From positions 64,001 to 128,000 of IMG/VR virus record IMGVR_UViG_3300032239_001501: 64,000 nucleotides of DNA; one strand, written 5' to 3'. Shown in pieces: positions 39,976 through 50,397 of the stretch. Every line of letters starts with the position of its first letter. The stretch's first letter is position 1. Below the pieces are notes generated by a model, which did not search any database, was not told where the DNA came from, and worked only from the letters and a program-made list of their open reading frames with translations. The translations under genes were made by a program, and so were the position numbers. The DNA comes from a virus. Lineage: Duplodnaviria; Caudoviricetes.

Positions 39976-40667
39976 ATAGATCCTTCTAAATTTTTTAATT
40001 TTAAGAAATTTAATTGGTCAAATTTTTCATTTTTAATTCTATCTATTGTTTCTGAAATTTTAGTTTTAACTTCAAACTCTTCTTCTTTTTCTAAAATAAC
40101 ATTTAATTTAACTATAGTACTTTCTCTAAGTGTTTCAAATTTAGTTTCTAAAGTTTTAGTATCTTCAGAAATTAATTGTAAAAATTCTTTTTTATCATGT
40201 TCACTTAAATTTTCAATATAACTTCTAAGAGTTTGATTGGCAATACTAACCATTGATTTAATTGGAATATTAATACTTTCTTTTAATGTTTTCTTTTCTG
40301 AGATTAAAACATTAATAATTTTTTTCTTTGAACTAACTCTTTCGGATAAATTAATTTTATTTATATAAACCAATGTATCAATATCAGAATATTCATTTTT
40401 TGATTCGGAAATTGTTTTAGGTAATTTAATGTCTTTTAATAATTTTTGGATAATATTAATACCTTCTTCTAAGAATTCTTTGGCATCTGATTCAGATAAT
40501 CCTTGTGGAGTAGTTAATTGGTCATATAATGAATAGACCTTTGACATAGGTTTATTACTCAATACATTATGTTTGAATTCTCTTAAAGATTTTTTAAAAT
40601 CCGACTCATTCTTGTAGGATTCTATTAAACTTGTTTCAATTATGGATTTTACTTGTCCGAAAGTCAT
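39972..40667 (-). CDS. Hypothetical head-module protein
   Basis: 231 aa; several L/I-x-E sites; late motif at 40683-40690. Confidence 0.6.
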   Translation of the reverse strand: MTFGQVKSIIETSLIESYKNESDFKKSLREFKHNVLSNKPMSKVYSLYDQLTTPQGLSESDAKEFLEEGINIIQKLLKDIKLPKTISESKNEYSDIDTLVYINKINLSERVSSKKKIINVLISEKKTLKESINIPIKSMVSIANQTLRSYIENLSEHDKKEFLQLISEDTKTLETKFETLRESTIVKLNVILEKEEEFEVKTKISETIDRIKNEKFDQLNFLKLKNLEGSI

Positions 40668-40690
40668 TATTAATAGTTTTCATATAAATA

Positions 40691-42523
40691 TTATGAATTT
40701 AGTAACTTATCCAATTCTTTTGACATTTCTCCTAAAGAATCTTGACCTTGACCTAAATCCAAGAATTGTGTACCCTCAATTAAATTAGTTTCAACTAAAA
40801 TATTAAGATTATCCAGTCTTGATTCTGGTGTTACAGCACCTTCGGTTGGAGGTGTTTCAGTTCCTTCTGGTGCTGGTGGCGGTGGAGCGCCTCCTCCTAA
40901 ATCACCTCCTCCTAAATCTCCACCAGGTGGAGCAGGTTCAGTTGGTGTAGAAGTTGCTGATGTAGTTCCTCCTGAAGATGAGCCATATAATTTATCAATG
41001 TTATCAAATATCCCTGTTTTAGTAATAACTGTTGGAGTTGCTTTAAGTTCTTCTCCTACAGCTCTTTCAATTCTTTGTTGTTGTAAATCCAATCTAATCT
41101 CTTCATCAGACCATCCAAAAATATGTTTTTTAGCCCATGTTGATGAAGTTGCTTGAATACCATTTCCTGGATCCGCAACAAGGTCTTTGTAAAGTAAAAC
41201 TTTTTCTTTCCATACATCAATCTTCAATAAGTCTGCTTGTGTTGATGGATTACTAAGTCCTAAAGTAAAGTTTGAAAGTTCATCTTCAAATCCTAATAAA
41301 AATAAATGTACAATTGCAATTTTGTTTAATTCTTGCAACATACTTTTTTGAATTCTATTAATTGTTCTAGCAAAACGAATGTCCATTAATGCTAAATTCT
41401 TACCATCACCAACAACTTCTTCAAATCCTAAAAATGCTTTTGGAACACGAAGAGCTGTTAATAATTTCTTTTGAATATATTCAATATCGGCAATTTCAGA
41501 TAAGTTAGTCGCACCTGGTAAAGTTGTAATTGGATCAGGTGCTGCAGGGTCTCTAACAGGAATGAAATAATCTTGGTCAACAGCCATTTGATTAAATCTC
41601 ATATCCACGTTACCTGTATTCTTATCAACAATTTGTTCTCTTTTAAATTTATTGGCAACACGTTGAACATACGCTTCCACATCATCATCATTCATATTTC
41701 CCACAAATACTTTGAACATTCTTCTTTCAGGAGCTCTTGATGTACGATAAATTAACATTGCATCTTCAGACAATAATAATTGTTTCCAAATTCTTCTTGC
41801 CTTTTCTAACATAGAAGTACCATACGGAAGTTTTCTATCATCACCCAATAATCTAAAATGTGCGATTTCCCATGATTGGAAAGTCATGTTCTTATTTTTC
41901 CAAGTAAATTCTAATGCTTTTGGTTTTTCAGGCTTTTCAATATTAACTGTTATTTTTGCACCTGCACCTGCTTCATGTCTTTCAATTTCAATTGTTGGAA
42001 GTTGTTGAACTCCAACAATACCTTTTTCAGGGTCAAGTTTTAAATAAACAAAGTTATCACCATACTTACAAGTATTTCTTGTCCACATTGGTAAGTTGGT
42101 GTTAATATCCAAAGAGTTATTGAATAAATCAGCTAATACAGATTTGATACGTTTTGATTCAGAATAAATTTGTAAAATAAATCCGTCTTCATTTGTTGTA
42201 GTTGATTCTTCGGCGTAGATATCTAATGCGGCTGAAATCTCAGGAGTATACTCCATTGATTCATAATCATACTGAGCAGAAAGTCTTGTTGGCTCATAGT
42301 ACATTGCTTGAGAATACATATTATTCTCAACTTTTGCCCATTGATTTGATAAATAAAATGTTTGTTGCGCTTGTAATTTTTCCTTTTCGTATTCATCACG
42401 ATTAGTAGTACGTAATAATTCTTTTTTATCAAACTTAAACGTTGGATAATCTTGATTCAACAAAGAATTTGGCCCAAAAGTTTTGGACAAACGTTGCCAA
42501 ACGGTTAGATTTTGATCGCTCAT
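40691..42523 (-). CDS. Portal protein (T4 gp20-like)
   Basis: PEISAALDIYAEE, EDAMLIYR.SRAPERR.F, QDYFIP.R, ITTLPG, DIEY.QKKL..AL.VP. Confidence 0.95.
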   Translation of the reverse strand: MSDQNLTVWQRLSKTFGPNSLLNQDYPTFKFDKKELLRTTNRDEYEKEKLQAQQTFYLSNQWAKVENNMYSQAMYYEPTRLSAQYDYESMEYTPEISAALDIYAEESTTTNEDGFILQIYSESKRIKSVLADLFNNSLDINTNLPMWTRNTCKYGDNFVYLKLDPEKGIVGVQQLPTIEIERHEAGAGAKITVNIEKPEKPKALEFTWKNKNMTFQSWEIAHFRLLGDDRKLPYGTSMLEKARRIWKQLLLSEDAMLIYRTSRAPERRMFKVFVGNMNDDDVEAYVQRVANKFKREQIVDKNTGNVDMRFNQMAVDQDYFIPVRDPAAPDPITTLPGATNLSEIADIEYIQKKLLTALRVPKAFLGFEEVVGDGKNLALMDIRFARTINRIQKSMLQELNKIAIVHLFLLGFEDELSNFTLGLSNPSTQADLLKIDVWKEKVLLYKDLVADPGNGIQATSSTWAKKHIFGWSDEEIRLDLQQQRIERAVGEELKATPTVITKTGIFDNIDKLYGSSSGGTTSATSTPTEPAPPGGDLGGGDLGGGAPPPPAPEGTETPPTEGAVTPESRLDNLNILVETNLIEGTQFLDLGQGQDSLGEMSKELDKLLNS

Positions 42524-42561
42524 ATTGTAATTTTAAGTTGTTACTTTAATAATATAAATAG

Positions 42562-44322
42562 TTATTTAACACCAAATAACCATCCATATGTTTCATAGTC
42601 TTTTTTTGTTGGACCAGAATTATATTGTCTACTATCTCGTCCCATTTGTGGAACCATTGGATTAAAAAATTCTGAAGAATTTTTATTTTCATTAACCACT
42701 GTAGACCAAGAATTTAACATAGCTTTTGTATGATTAACAACTTTTGTGAGAGATTGAAAAGATTTTTCTGCAACATAAATTGCCATAGATATTGCCATAA
42801 TACAGTCATCATGATGACCTTTTTGATGGTCAGGTCTCCCATTTACATAGATAAAAGTATTCATTTCATTATATAATCTATGTGAATAAACTTTAAATTC
42901 ATGTCTAACCGCTTCTTCAAGGGAAGCAATAATTTGAACCCTTTTATTATTGAAATTTATACCAGGAATTTTTTCATTTAATTTTGGATCATATTTCCAT
43001 TTATTACTTGTATCAATATTATCAACATACATTCCACCAGCATATTGTAATTCTTGCATTTTTCTTGCTGTCGCAACTCCCATTCCACCAGTTAAATCTA
43101 CAACACAATAAGCATTATACATTGTCCCCCACTTATATGCAATCTCAGCAGTTACATCTGGTGGTACTTTTCCGACATATTCAAGGACTTGTTCTCTTGT
43201 ATCAAAGTCAATTATCTCAATACAGCTAAAGTCCTCAGAATCCCCTCTGGATACATCCACACCCATAACGTACTTATGTCCGTTTTCAGGTTCTTTAAAT
43301 ATCCAAAGATTTCCTCCCATCATTTTGGCTTGTGGTTCTCTTACTTGATTTTTGGAAATATTTTGCATTAAATCAGAATCAAATACATTATCACCTGAAC
43401 CTAAAAAGTTACATTCCAACTCTTGAGCAACTCTTCTTCTATCAAACTTTAATTTTTTAACCATACCTTCAAACCAAGTTGAACATGGTTTGTATCCTTG
43501 ATCTATATAGTCTTTAACAACTTGTAGGTCTCTTTCATAAGGATTTTCATTATGTAAACTAACAATAGTATCTTTAGGGTACTCTTCTCTGTTTAATAAA
43601 AAATGAACTAAATCAGGAGTTTTAACCATATACAAATCTTTTGTATATCTTGGGTCTTTATACCAATACATTTCAGAGATTTTGAAATCATTCATTCCTC
43701 TTAATGATTGGTCATAAATTTCATAATAAATTGGATCATATCCATTTGGTGTAGATACAACAATAACCTTACCACCCGTAGATAGTGAGGCCATACAGGC
43801 AGACCAGAAATCACTATCTGCTTCAATGTATGCTGCTTCATCAAATATCAGTATGGTTGGGGTATAACCACGAAGGGCATCTTTTGATGTCGCAACAGCT
43901 TTAACCTCACAATCATTATTGAGTTTGAAATGTCTTTGTGAATTTTTTTCTTGTGAGAATCCAATGCCTACCCAAGCAGGCCATTGTTCTGTAAAACCTC
44001 TAACTTTATTTGCCATTTCAACGGCAGTATCCAATTTATTGGCAATAATTAGAATTTTTTCTGGTTTACTTTTTTTGGCGAATGCAACTTTTTTTGATGC
44101 CCATGCTGCGGTAACAGTAGATACACCTGCTTGTCTATACTTTAATGCTACATTTTCATTGTAAGCATCATAATCTTCAATTAGTTTGATTTGATCTGGA
44201 AATAAATCTAATGGAACGTATTTGGATACGGTATTATCAAATGTCTGTAAATAAGTACGAAGTGCGTAAGGTGTGTTCCTCATGCACTTCGTAACTTCTA
44301 TAATTAATTGTTCTTTAGTCAC
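42562..44322 (-). CDS. Terminase large subunit (T4 gp17-like)
   Basis: KYRQAGVST (deviant Walker A), LIFDEAA, STPNG, QELEC.F.G, GVDVSRG..EDFS, HDDCIMA. Confidence 0.95.
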   Translation of the reverse strand: MTKEQLIIEVTKCMRNTPYALRTYLQTFDNTVSKYVPLDLFPDQIKLIEDYDAYNENVALKYRQAGVSTVTAAWASKKVAFAKKSKPEKILIIANKLDTAVEMANKVRGFTEQWPAWVGIGFSQEKNSQRHFKLNNDCEVKAVATSKDALRGYTPTILIFDEAAYIEADSDFWSACMASLSTGGKVIVVSTPNGYDPIYYEIYDQSLRGMNDFKISEMYWYKDPRYTKDLYMVKTPDLVHFLLNREEYPKDTIVSLHNENPYERDLQVVKDYIDQGYKPCSTWFEGMVKKLKFDRRRVAQELECNFLGSGDNVFDSDLMQNISKNQVREPQAKMMGGNLWIFKEPENGHKYVMGVDVSRGDSEDFSCIEIIDFDTREQVLEYVGKVPPDVTAEIAYKWGTMYNAYCVVDLTGGMGVATARKMQELQYAGGMYVDNIDTSNKWKYDPKLNEKIPGINFNNKRVQIIASLEEAVRHEFKVYSHRLYNEMNTFIYVNGRPDHQKGHHDDCIMAISMAIYVAEKSFQSLTKVVNHTKAMLNSWSTVVNENKNSSEFFNPMVPQMGRDSRQYNSGPTKKDYETYGWLFGVK

Positions 44323-44328
44323 AAAATT

Positions 44329-45633
44329 TTATTTGGGTCTTGATATTCCCAAACTACCTAAGAAATCATCTAATCCGTCTTCATCTTCATCATCATTTTC
44401 GTCAGAATCAATATCTTTTTCTTCTTTATATTCCTCAAATTCATCTTTCATATTTTGAGCTTCTTTCATAATTTCTTCAAATTTTGAAGTTGCTTTTCTT
44501 ACTTTAGAGTCATCTTCAGATATGGCGTTTCCTATAATTGCCAAAAATTCTTGAGCAGGTATTTGGTATAACAAGATATGGAACCAGTTTATTAGACCTT
44601 TGTTTGATTCGTCAAACATTCTGTCGGGTAATGCAAATCTAAGTTTTTCTACAATTTCAGGTCCTATTCTCAATTGCATTGGTTCGTTAGATAATACATC
44701 AACAGCACCTCTAACTTTTTCACGAATATCGGGATTTTTAGAATGTCCATGTCTTCCTTTCGCTTCTTCTAACCCTTTGATTATTTCATGACATAATATT
44801 GGGAAAATCATTCCTGTTGCAGTAATTTTTGTGTCAGGACTTTCTTCTCCACCTTCACCACCTTCATCTTCATCATCTGAATCACCTAATTCTACTTTAC
44901 CAGCAATACCTTGTCCTGTTTCACTCATCATCTCAATCATTTGTTCCATAGTAAAATACAGGAAATCATTGATTGCCATAATTCCTAAATAATCTCTATA
45001 TAATGAAGGGTCAATAGCGTCTAATCTTGCTTTTACTGATGGCTTTTGAAAAAGATAATGACCTTTTTTTGCAGCTCCTTGAATAATAGCATTTATGATA
45101 TTTCTCTTATGTTTTTCTAATTCTAATTCTTCTTCATCAGTTAAATCTTCAATATCAAATGATGGGATTTGAGGGTTTTCATTTTCCTCTTCATCATCTT
45201 CTTCATCTTCAGGTTCTTCAGGATTAAATCTAAAATTAGAAGTATCTGGCATACCCAATTTAGCATCAATCTGATACCAATCTTCAGGTACTTCACCTTC
45301 TTCTAAAGATGCGTCAACTGCTAATTGTTCAAGTTCTTCTTTATGAGCACTTTCAATTCTCATGATATTAGGAAGTTTTCTCATCATTTCTTGATAAATC
45401 ATTCCTTGAACTTGTTTAGAATCAATATTTTGATTACCTGTAACTTCTTTAAGTTTGTCGGCAACTTTACCAAATCTTTGGCTTATTAATCTTTGAACAT
45501 CTTGAGTCCCTTTTTTCATTGCAGGATTTTTTGCATATAAACTTTCAGGGTCTCCTAATTTTCTTTCCAAATTAGGATCCATTCTTTCACGCCTATTTCC
45601 GTAATCTATTTGTTCTTTTAATTTCTTTGCCAT
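44329..45633 (-). CDS. Acidic hypothetical protein
   Basis: 434 aa; KRNIINAIIQGAAKKGHY, FPILCHEIIKG. Confidence 0.6.
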   Translation of the reverse strand: MAKKLKEQIDYGNRRERMDPNLERKLGDPESLYAKNPAMKKGTQDVQRLISQRFGKVADKLKEVTGNQNIDSKQVQGMIYQEMMRKLPNIMRIESAHKEELEQLAVDASLEEGEVPEDWYQIDAKLGMPDTSNFRFNPEEPEDEEDDEEENENPQIPSFDIEDLTDEEELELEKHKRNIINAIIQGAAKKGHYLFQKPSVKARLDAIDPSLYRDYLGIMAINDFLYFTMEQMIEMMSETGQGIAGKVELGDSDDEDEGGEGGEESPDTKITATGMIFPILCHEIIKGLEEAKGRHGHSKNPDIREKVRGAVDVLSNEPMQLRIGPEIVEKLRFALPDRMFDESNKGLINWFHILLYQIPAQEFLAIIGNAISEDDSKVRKATSKFEEIMKEAQNMKDEFEEYKEEKDIDSDENDDEDEDGLDDFLGSLGISRPK

Positions 45634-45637
45634 TTTT

Positions 45638-46522
45638 TTATTTTTCTAACATTTTAATAATAACATCAATTATTTCATTTTTAGCCTTTTCGGGTGAAGT
45701 TTTGTTTGCTTTTGGAGATTCTTTTTCACCAGGGTTTGGATTTTTTCCAGGATGACTTGGTCTTGGTTTTGGTGGCGTTTTAGTTCCAGGTTTAGTTGGA
45801 GCTGGTTTTGTTGTTGGATCCGTAGATGGATTTTGTTCATCAACTTCTTTCTTAACTTTTGTAGATGATTTTTTACCAAATGATTGGATATGTTTTGTTG
45901 CAAAATTTTCTTCTTCATTGAGATGTTTAATTAGATCTCCTTTAGTAATTCTTGGTAAAATATTTCTTTCAACAATTTTCATAATTTCGTTTTCTAAAAA
46001 CAAAGATACAGGATTTTTTCCTTCTCCCAATTGTTTTTTTACTTCTTTAACGCATCTTTCCCACTTTCTTGATTTTTTTGGTCCTACCTGAGAATGGCAA
46101 ATAGCCCAGGGATTTGGTTTGTTTTCTTTATTTTTAGCTTCTGCCATACCCATCATTTTTCTATTATTATCTGAGTCATCATCCATTCCATCTTTATTCA
46201 TATCATTTTCATCGTGTGGATTGTCTTGCCCTGTAACATTTTGTAATGCATCAGTAGCCAATGCGTCAGAATCAGTTAAATCGTCGGTTTCATCTTCCTC
46301 AATTTCAGTCATTGAAACATTAACACCTTGAGCATTCAAGTTTTTTGCTATTTGAGGTGCTTGTGGATTTTTACTACTTATGGTTGTAACACCTTTTCCT
46401 GATACTTGTTCACCAAGTAATTTTGAATATAAAATATTAATTTGAGATTCAGTTAATTTAGAAACAGTTTTGGCTGTCATTCCTTTTTCAATTAATTCAA
46501 GGGCTTTTATGTTAGTTTTCAT
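45638..46522 (-). CDS. Probable internal head protein
   Basis: ATG at 46522; KLTESQI, NPWAIC...ERCVKEVK, Pro/Lys-rich tail. Confidence 0.55.
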   Translation of the reverse strand: MKTNIKALELIEKGMTAKTVSKLTESQINILYSKLLGEQVSGKGVTTISSKNPQAPQIAKNLNAQGVNVSMTEIEEDETDDLTDSDALATDALQNVTGQDNPHDENDMNKDGMDDDSDNNRKMMGMAEAKNKENKPNPWAICHSQVGPKKSRKWERCVKEVKKQLGEGKNPVSLFLENEIMKIVERNILPRITKGDLIKHLNEEENFATKHIQSFGKKSSTKVKKEVDEQNPSTDPTTKPAPTKPGTKTPPKPRPSHPGKNPNPGEKESPKANKTSPEKAKNEIIDVIIKMLEK

Positions 46523-46907
46523 ACACGACTTTCTTTTCAAATTCTAGAATCAAATCTCTTTCATAGAGTTTGTCTTTTATTTTTTGTTCTGTTTCTCCAA
46601 ATCTAAATACCAATCTTTTTTGTCCTTCAGATTCTTCGGTTTCCCAGGCTAATGCAACAACATCATCCATTGCATCTATCATACAAAAAAAATCGGAGTT
46701 CTGAATCAATTCTAATTTTATATCAGTATTTCTCAGTACTCCTACTTTTTTAATATATTTTAATTCAGGTGGAGTTGGATAACCATTAGATGGTTTACTT
46801 TCCCAATATTCTCCCCATACATCTAAATCATCAGAAAAAATAAACTCGTAAAGATTGTCTCCCTTATAATTAGGCCCCAAACCGTTTACGTAGATTAAAT
46901 TACTCAT
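46512..46907 (-). CDS. Hypothetical protein
   Basis: 131-aa ORF in operon. Confidence 0.6.
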   Translation of the reverse strand: MSNLIYVNGLGPNYKGDNLYEFIFSDDLDVWGEYWESKPSNGYPTPPELKYIKKVGVLRNTDIKLELIQNSDFFCMIDAMDDVVALAWETEESEGQKRLVFRFGETEQKIKDKLYERDLILEFEKKVVYEN

Positions 46908-48145
46908 ATAATATTTCCTTCTGTTGAAATTTTCTTTTGTCTGCCGTTATTTTCAAAAACTAAATTTTTCTTATTAGTAATTCCAATAAAGTTATAGTTA
47001 GAATTTTTTTCTAAAAATTTCTTAGCTGCCAATTCTTGTTCAATAGTTTCTGTTAATTTAATAACAGAATCCATTTTCTTTTTAATGTCAGATTTAATTT
47101 TAATCTGTTTTTGAGCATTTTTATTTGCAGATTCTCTAATTTCTTTTTTTGTTACTTCAAAATATTTTGAAATTACTTTATCAACTTTAGATTCTTTAAA
47201 AATACTATCCATGATTGCTCCGTTACCATATTCTGCCATTTCAGAACCTGTTTGTTCAACAGGCACATCCATATCTGCTTGAATATCTTCAACTTCAGTA
47301 TCATCAGTCATATCTTCACCTCCCATATCATCTCCACCTTCTTCTCTTTCCTCAGCCTCATCAAATTTTGACATAATATCATCTTTATCTTCTTCACTTA
47401 ACGATTTTAAATCTAAAGACGATAAAACCATATTAATAACATATTTGATATTTTCAGAAGTCATTCCTTCTTCATTATCTAATGTTCTAATTTTTTGTGT
47501 TAATTTACCAGTAAGTTTTTGAATTGTTTTAAATGTAACTTGTTCTTCTGCATCTTCTGATCCTGCGTCAACTCCCATATCATCATTCATATCAACATTA
47601 ACATCTTCTCCTCCCATATCTGCATTCATATCAACATTAACATCTTCTCCTCCCATATCTGCACCCATATCGGTACTCATATCAGGTGATGGAGGTAATT
47701 CTGGTGATGGAACTGCTGGAGGTTCTGCTGGTGGAGCTGCATCAACTTCAGGTGCCGGAGCAGGTGCCGGTAATTTTAAAGTAAACTTTTTTTGTTCACC
47801 AAATAAAGAAGTTCCTTCTTCATTTTCAGTAAGTCTATTAACTTCTTTAGTTAATAAATTTAATCTTTTTAAAGCTTGTGAATATGAAGAATAATATTTT
47901 CTATTTTTCATTGGTTCAATATAATCGGCTTCAGATTCATTAATATTTTTCTTAATAATATAACCTTGTCTTTCTTTTACGATTTCATATTTATTACCAT
48001 CGGCAAGGGAGATATTATATTCTGAATTTGAAGTTTCATTAATTTTAGATGGAATTACTTCATTAAAACGAGCAATTTCCATTATTCTATTCAATTTATT
48101 TTGGCCTGTAAGCTTTTCACTTCCTATTGCTTTTAAATCTGACAT
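46904..48145 (-). CDS. Probable internal head protein (acidic, Pro-rich linker)
   Basis: 413 aa; many L/I-x-E sites; internal duplicated DMGGEDVNVDMN. Confidence 0.55.
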   Translation of the reverse strand: MSDLKAIGSEKLTGQNKLNRIMEIARFNEVIPSKINETSNSEYNISLADGNKYEIVKERQGYIIKKNINESEADYIEPMKNRKYYSSYSQALKRLNLLTKEVNRLTENEEGTSLFGEQKKFTLKLPAPAPAPEVDAAPPAEPPAVPSPELPPSPDMSTDMGADMGGEDVNVDMNADMGGEDVNVDMNDDMGVDAGSEDAEEQVTFKTIQKLTGKLTQKIRTLDNEEGMTSENIKYVINMVLSSLDLKSLSEEDKDDIMSKFDEAEEREEGGDDMGGEDMTDDTEVEDIQADMDVPVEQTGSEMAEYGNGAIMDSIFKESKVDKVISKYFEVTKKEIRESANKNAQKQIKIKSDIKKKMDSVIKLTETIEQELAAKKFLEKNSNYNFIGITNKKNLVFENNGRQKKISTEGNII

Positions 48146-48165
48146 ATTTTGTATTTTTAATTTTT

Positions 48166-48999
48166 TTAATTATTTAATCCGTTAAATCCTCCAAGAGATA
48201 TTGCGTTTAATTGAATTACCTCTTCAGTACCATTACTATTACTATATGCAGCATATGGTACTATACCATAAGATGCTTGCCAAGTTCCTCCAGTAAGAGA
48301 ACCAAACATATCATTAGTATACTGATATACAGCATTTACTGAAATACCTGTAAAAAATGGTGTATGAGTTGGTGTTGGTGTATGAGTTGGAGTTACCGCA
48401 GGTGTTCCTGTTTGTGTTGGTGTTGGTGTTTTTGTTGGAGTATTAGTCGGAGTCTGTGTTAGTGTTGATGTATTGGTTGGTGTCACCGCAGGTGTCCCTG
48501 TTTGTGTTGTAGTCACACTTGGTGTTGGTGTTTTTGTTGTAGTCACACTTGGTGTATTAGTTGGTGTATTTGTTAATGTATTTGTAGGTGTCTGTGTTTG
48601 TGTTAGTGTATTTGTTGGAGTTTGTGTTGGTGTTGACGTTTTAGTTGTAGTTACACTTGGCGTTGGTGTATGAGTAGTAGTTACACTTGGCGTTGGTGTA
48701 TGAGTTGGAGTAACTGAAGGTGTTGGAGTTACCGTTTGAGTTGTCGTAACAGTCGGTGTTGGTGTAACAACCGCTAAACAAGTTGCACAATCTCCATAAT
48801 CAACAGATAATGTTAAAACTTTATCAATACCAGTTGCTGGTTCTGCGTTATCAATAATATCATAACATCCCGCAGTTGTTCCACCTGTAAATGTTAAATA
48901 GTAATTACCATTAACCGAAGGCAATGATGAACTATCAAAATCAACTAATATTGCAGGACCACCACCACAATAACCTATGAGATATGTAACTAATGCCAT
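48166..48999 (-). CDS. Mucin-like Thr-Pro repeat protein
   Basis: Cys-containing N-domain (YGDCATC) followed by about 140 residues of TPT repeats; late motif at 49013-49020. Confidence 0.75.
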   Translation of the reverse strand: MALVTYLIGYCGGGPAILVDFDSSSLPSVNGNYYLTFTGGTTAGCYDIIDNAEPATGIDKVLTLSVDYGDCATCLAVVTPTPTVTTTQTVTPTPSVTPTHTPTPSVTTTHTPTPSVTTTKTSTPTQTPTNTLTQTQTPTNTLTNTPTNTPSVTTTKTPTPSVTTTQTGTPAVTPTNTSTLTQTPTNTPTKTPTPTQTGTPAVTPTHTPTPTHTPFFTGISVNAVYQYTNDMFGSLTGGTWQASYGIVPYAAYSNSNGTEEVIQLNAISLGGFNGLNN

Positions 49000-49035
49000 T
49001 TAATTTTTTCTTTATAAATATATGATTTATACTAA

Positions 49036-49788
49036 TTATTTACGGATTTCTTGAATTTGTGTTTCTACAGACAACTCTTTATCCTTAATTTTATTTTTTT
49101 CATCAAAAAGTTTACCAATATGACCAGATCTTCTTAGGTATTTAAAGACTAAATTCTCATAAGAAAACTCACCATCTTTATTTAATCCTGACTGTCTATA
49201 ATCTTTTAGTTTATCTTTTAACCCCTTTAAAGTTTCAGCATTTCCTTCAGATTTTGCATCTTCAATTGCGTCATCAATTTTATCTGTCCAATTTTTTATT
49301 TTGGTTTTTAAAACAGACATGTCTAAATTTTTATGTGTTTTTTTAGGCTTATGAATCCATTCGTTATTCATGACAGAATAAACACCATCACTATGAGATT
49401 CATCTGAAATACCTTGAGCATAAACTTCAACATCATATCCAAAAATTTTAATATCATGTTTGTCGTTAAAAAGTTTCTTTTTTAAATCAAAAAGTTCTTT
49501 ATAAAGGTCTTCTTGTTTTCCATATCTTTCAAAATCAACAATAACGTGTAAATCAAAATCAGAATATTCTGACCAATTAAAATTAGCTAATGAACCCATA
49601 AGATAAATGTCTTCAACAAATACATCATCACCTAAATCTTCAATAAATTCTTCTGCGATTCGCATAAGAGATTTTCTAACTTTAGGTTTCATGATTGCTT
49701 TTTCAGCACTTTCAAAATCTTCCCATACTTTTGGGTTAAGGGTTTCTTTAACTGAAAAACTATTAAGTATTTTTTGGGCATTACTCAT
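49036..49788 (-). CDS. Pol-beta superfamily nucleotidyltransferase
   Basis: GSLANFNWSEYSDFDLH (GS...DxD) and DVEVYAQ third acidic residue. Confidence 0.8.
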   Translation of the reverse strand: MSNAQKILNSFSVKETLNPKVWEDFESAEKAIMKPKVRKSLMRIAEEFIEDLGDDVFVEDIYLMGSLANFNWSEYSDFDLHVIVDFERYGKQEDLYKELFDLKKKLFNDKHDIKIFGYDVEVYAQGISDESHSDGVYSVMNNEWIHKPKKTHKNLDMSVLKTKIKNWTDKIDDAIEDAKSEGNAETLKGLKDKLKDYRQSGLNKDGEFSYENLVFKYLRRSGHIGKLFDEKNKIKDKELSVETQIQEIRK

Positions 49789-49809
49789 TACATATAAATA
49801 CTCAACAAT

Positions 49810-50052
49810 TTATAGTTTTTTATATTTAAATTTTTTTGAAATGTTTGTAATGAAAAATTGCCCTTGAGATTGGGCCTTTCTGAAGGCAGTATATACCTGA
49901 TGAGGTACATTATCGTATTCATATTTAAAACCATTATTGAATTCTGTTATCAATTTTTTGGTTTCTGTGTCGTATTCTGTTTTCTTAATATTAGACGATT
50001 TTATTTCGTTAATAATCTTCGTCCCCTTGATTTCTTCTTTCGTTATTGCCAT
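49810..50052 (-). CDS. KTSC-domain protein
   Basis: SSNI....YD.....L..EFNNG..YEY.NVP..VY..F..A.SQGQFF..NI. Confidence 0.85.
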   Translation of the reverse strand: MAITKEEIKGTKIINEIKSSNIKKTEYDTETKKLITEFNNGFKYEYDNVPHQVYTAFRKAQSQGQFFITNISKKFKYKKL

Positions 50053-50344
50053 TTTCTTTAAGTGGTGTTAATTCATCAATTTTAGATAATAATTTTGAGG
50101 CATAATCAGTAAAATTATTCCAGTTTATATCAAAACCATAATCTTTTACTTGTTGAAATAAAGCCTTTTGTGTGTCACCAAATTTATGAAATAACGACAT
50201 CATTTTATTAGTATATTTTGGTGGGTTTTCTAAATCTTTTTCACTAAACCCAAGTTCTTGAAAATGTTGTCTTAATTCAAGATAAATGTCTAACAATTCT
50301 CTTAATGATGTACTATGTTCTAAAAATTTTTCAAATGGTTTCAT
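50009..50344 (-). CDS. Hypothetical protein
   Basis: ATG at 50344; late motif at 50349-50356. Confidence 0.55.
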   Translation of the reverse strand: MKPFEKFLEHSTSLRELLDIYLELRQHFQELGFSEKDLENPPKYTNKMMSLFHKFGDTQKALFQQVKDYGFDINWNNFTDYASKLLSKIDELTPLKENGNNERRNQGDEDY

Positions 50345-50355
50345 CAAATATAAAT

Positions 50356-50387
50356 ATAAACCCCCATCAAAAATGATGAGGGTTTAT
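50356..50387 (-). terminator. Terminator after hsp20
   Basis: ATAAACCCCCATCA-AAAA-TGATGAGGGTTTAT imperfect hairpin. Confidence 0.6.
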
Positions 50388-50397
50388 TTGTGAATGA

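Noticed and set aside
34591-44322. Introns, inteins or stop-codon reassignment in core genes
   Set aside because: Capsid, protease, portal and terminase genes are uninterrupted and of plausible size in code 11; coding density is high throughout
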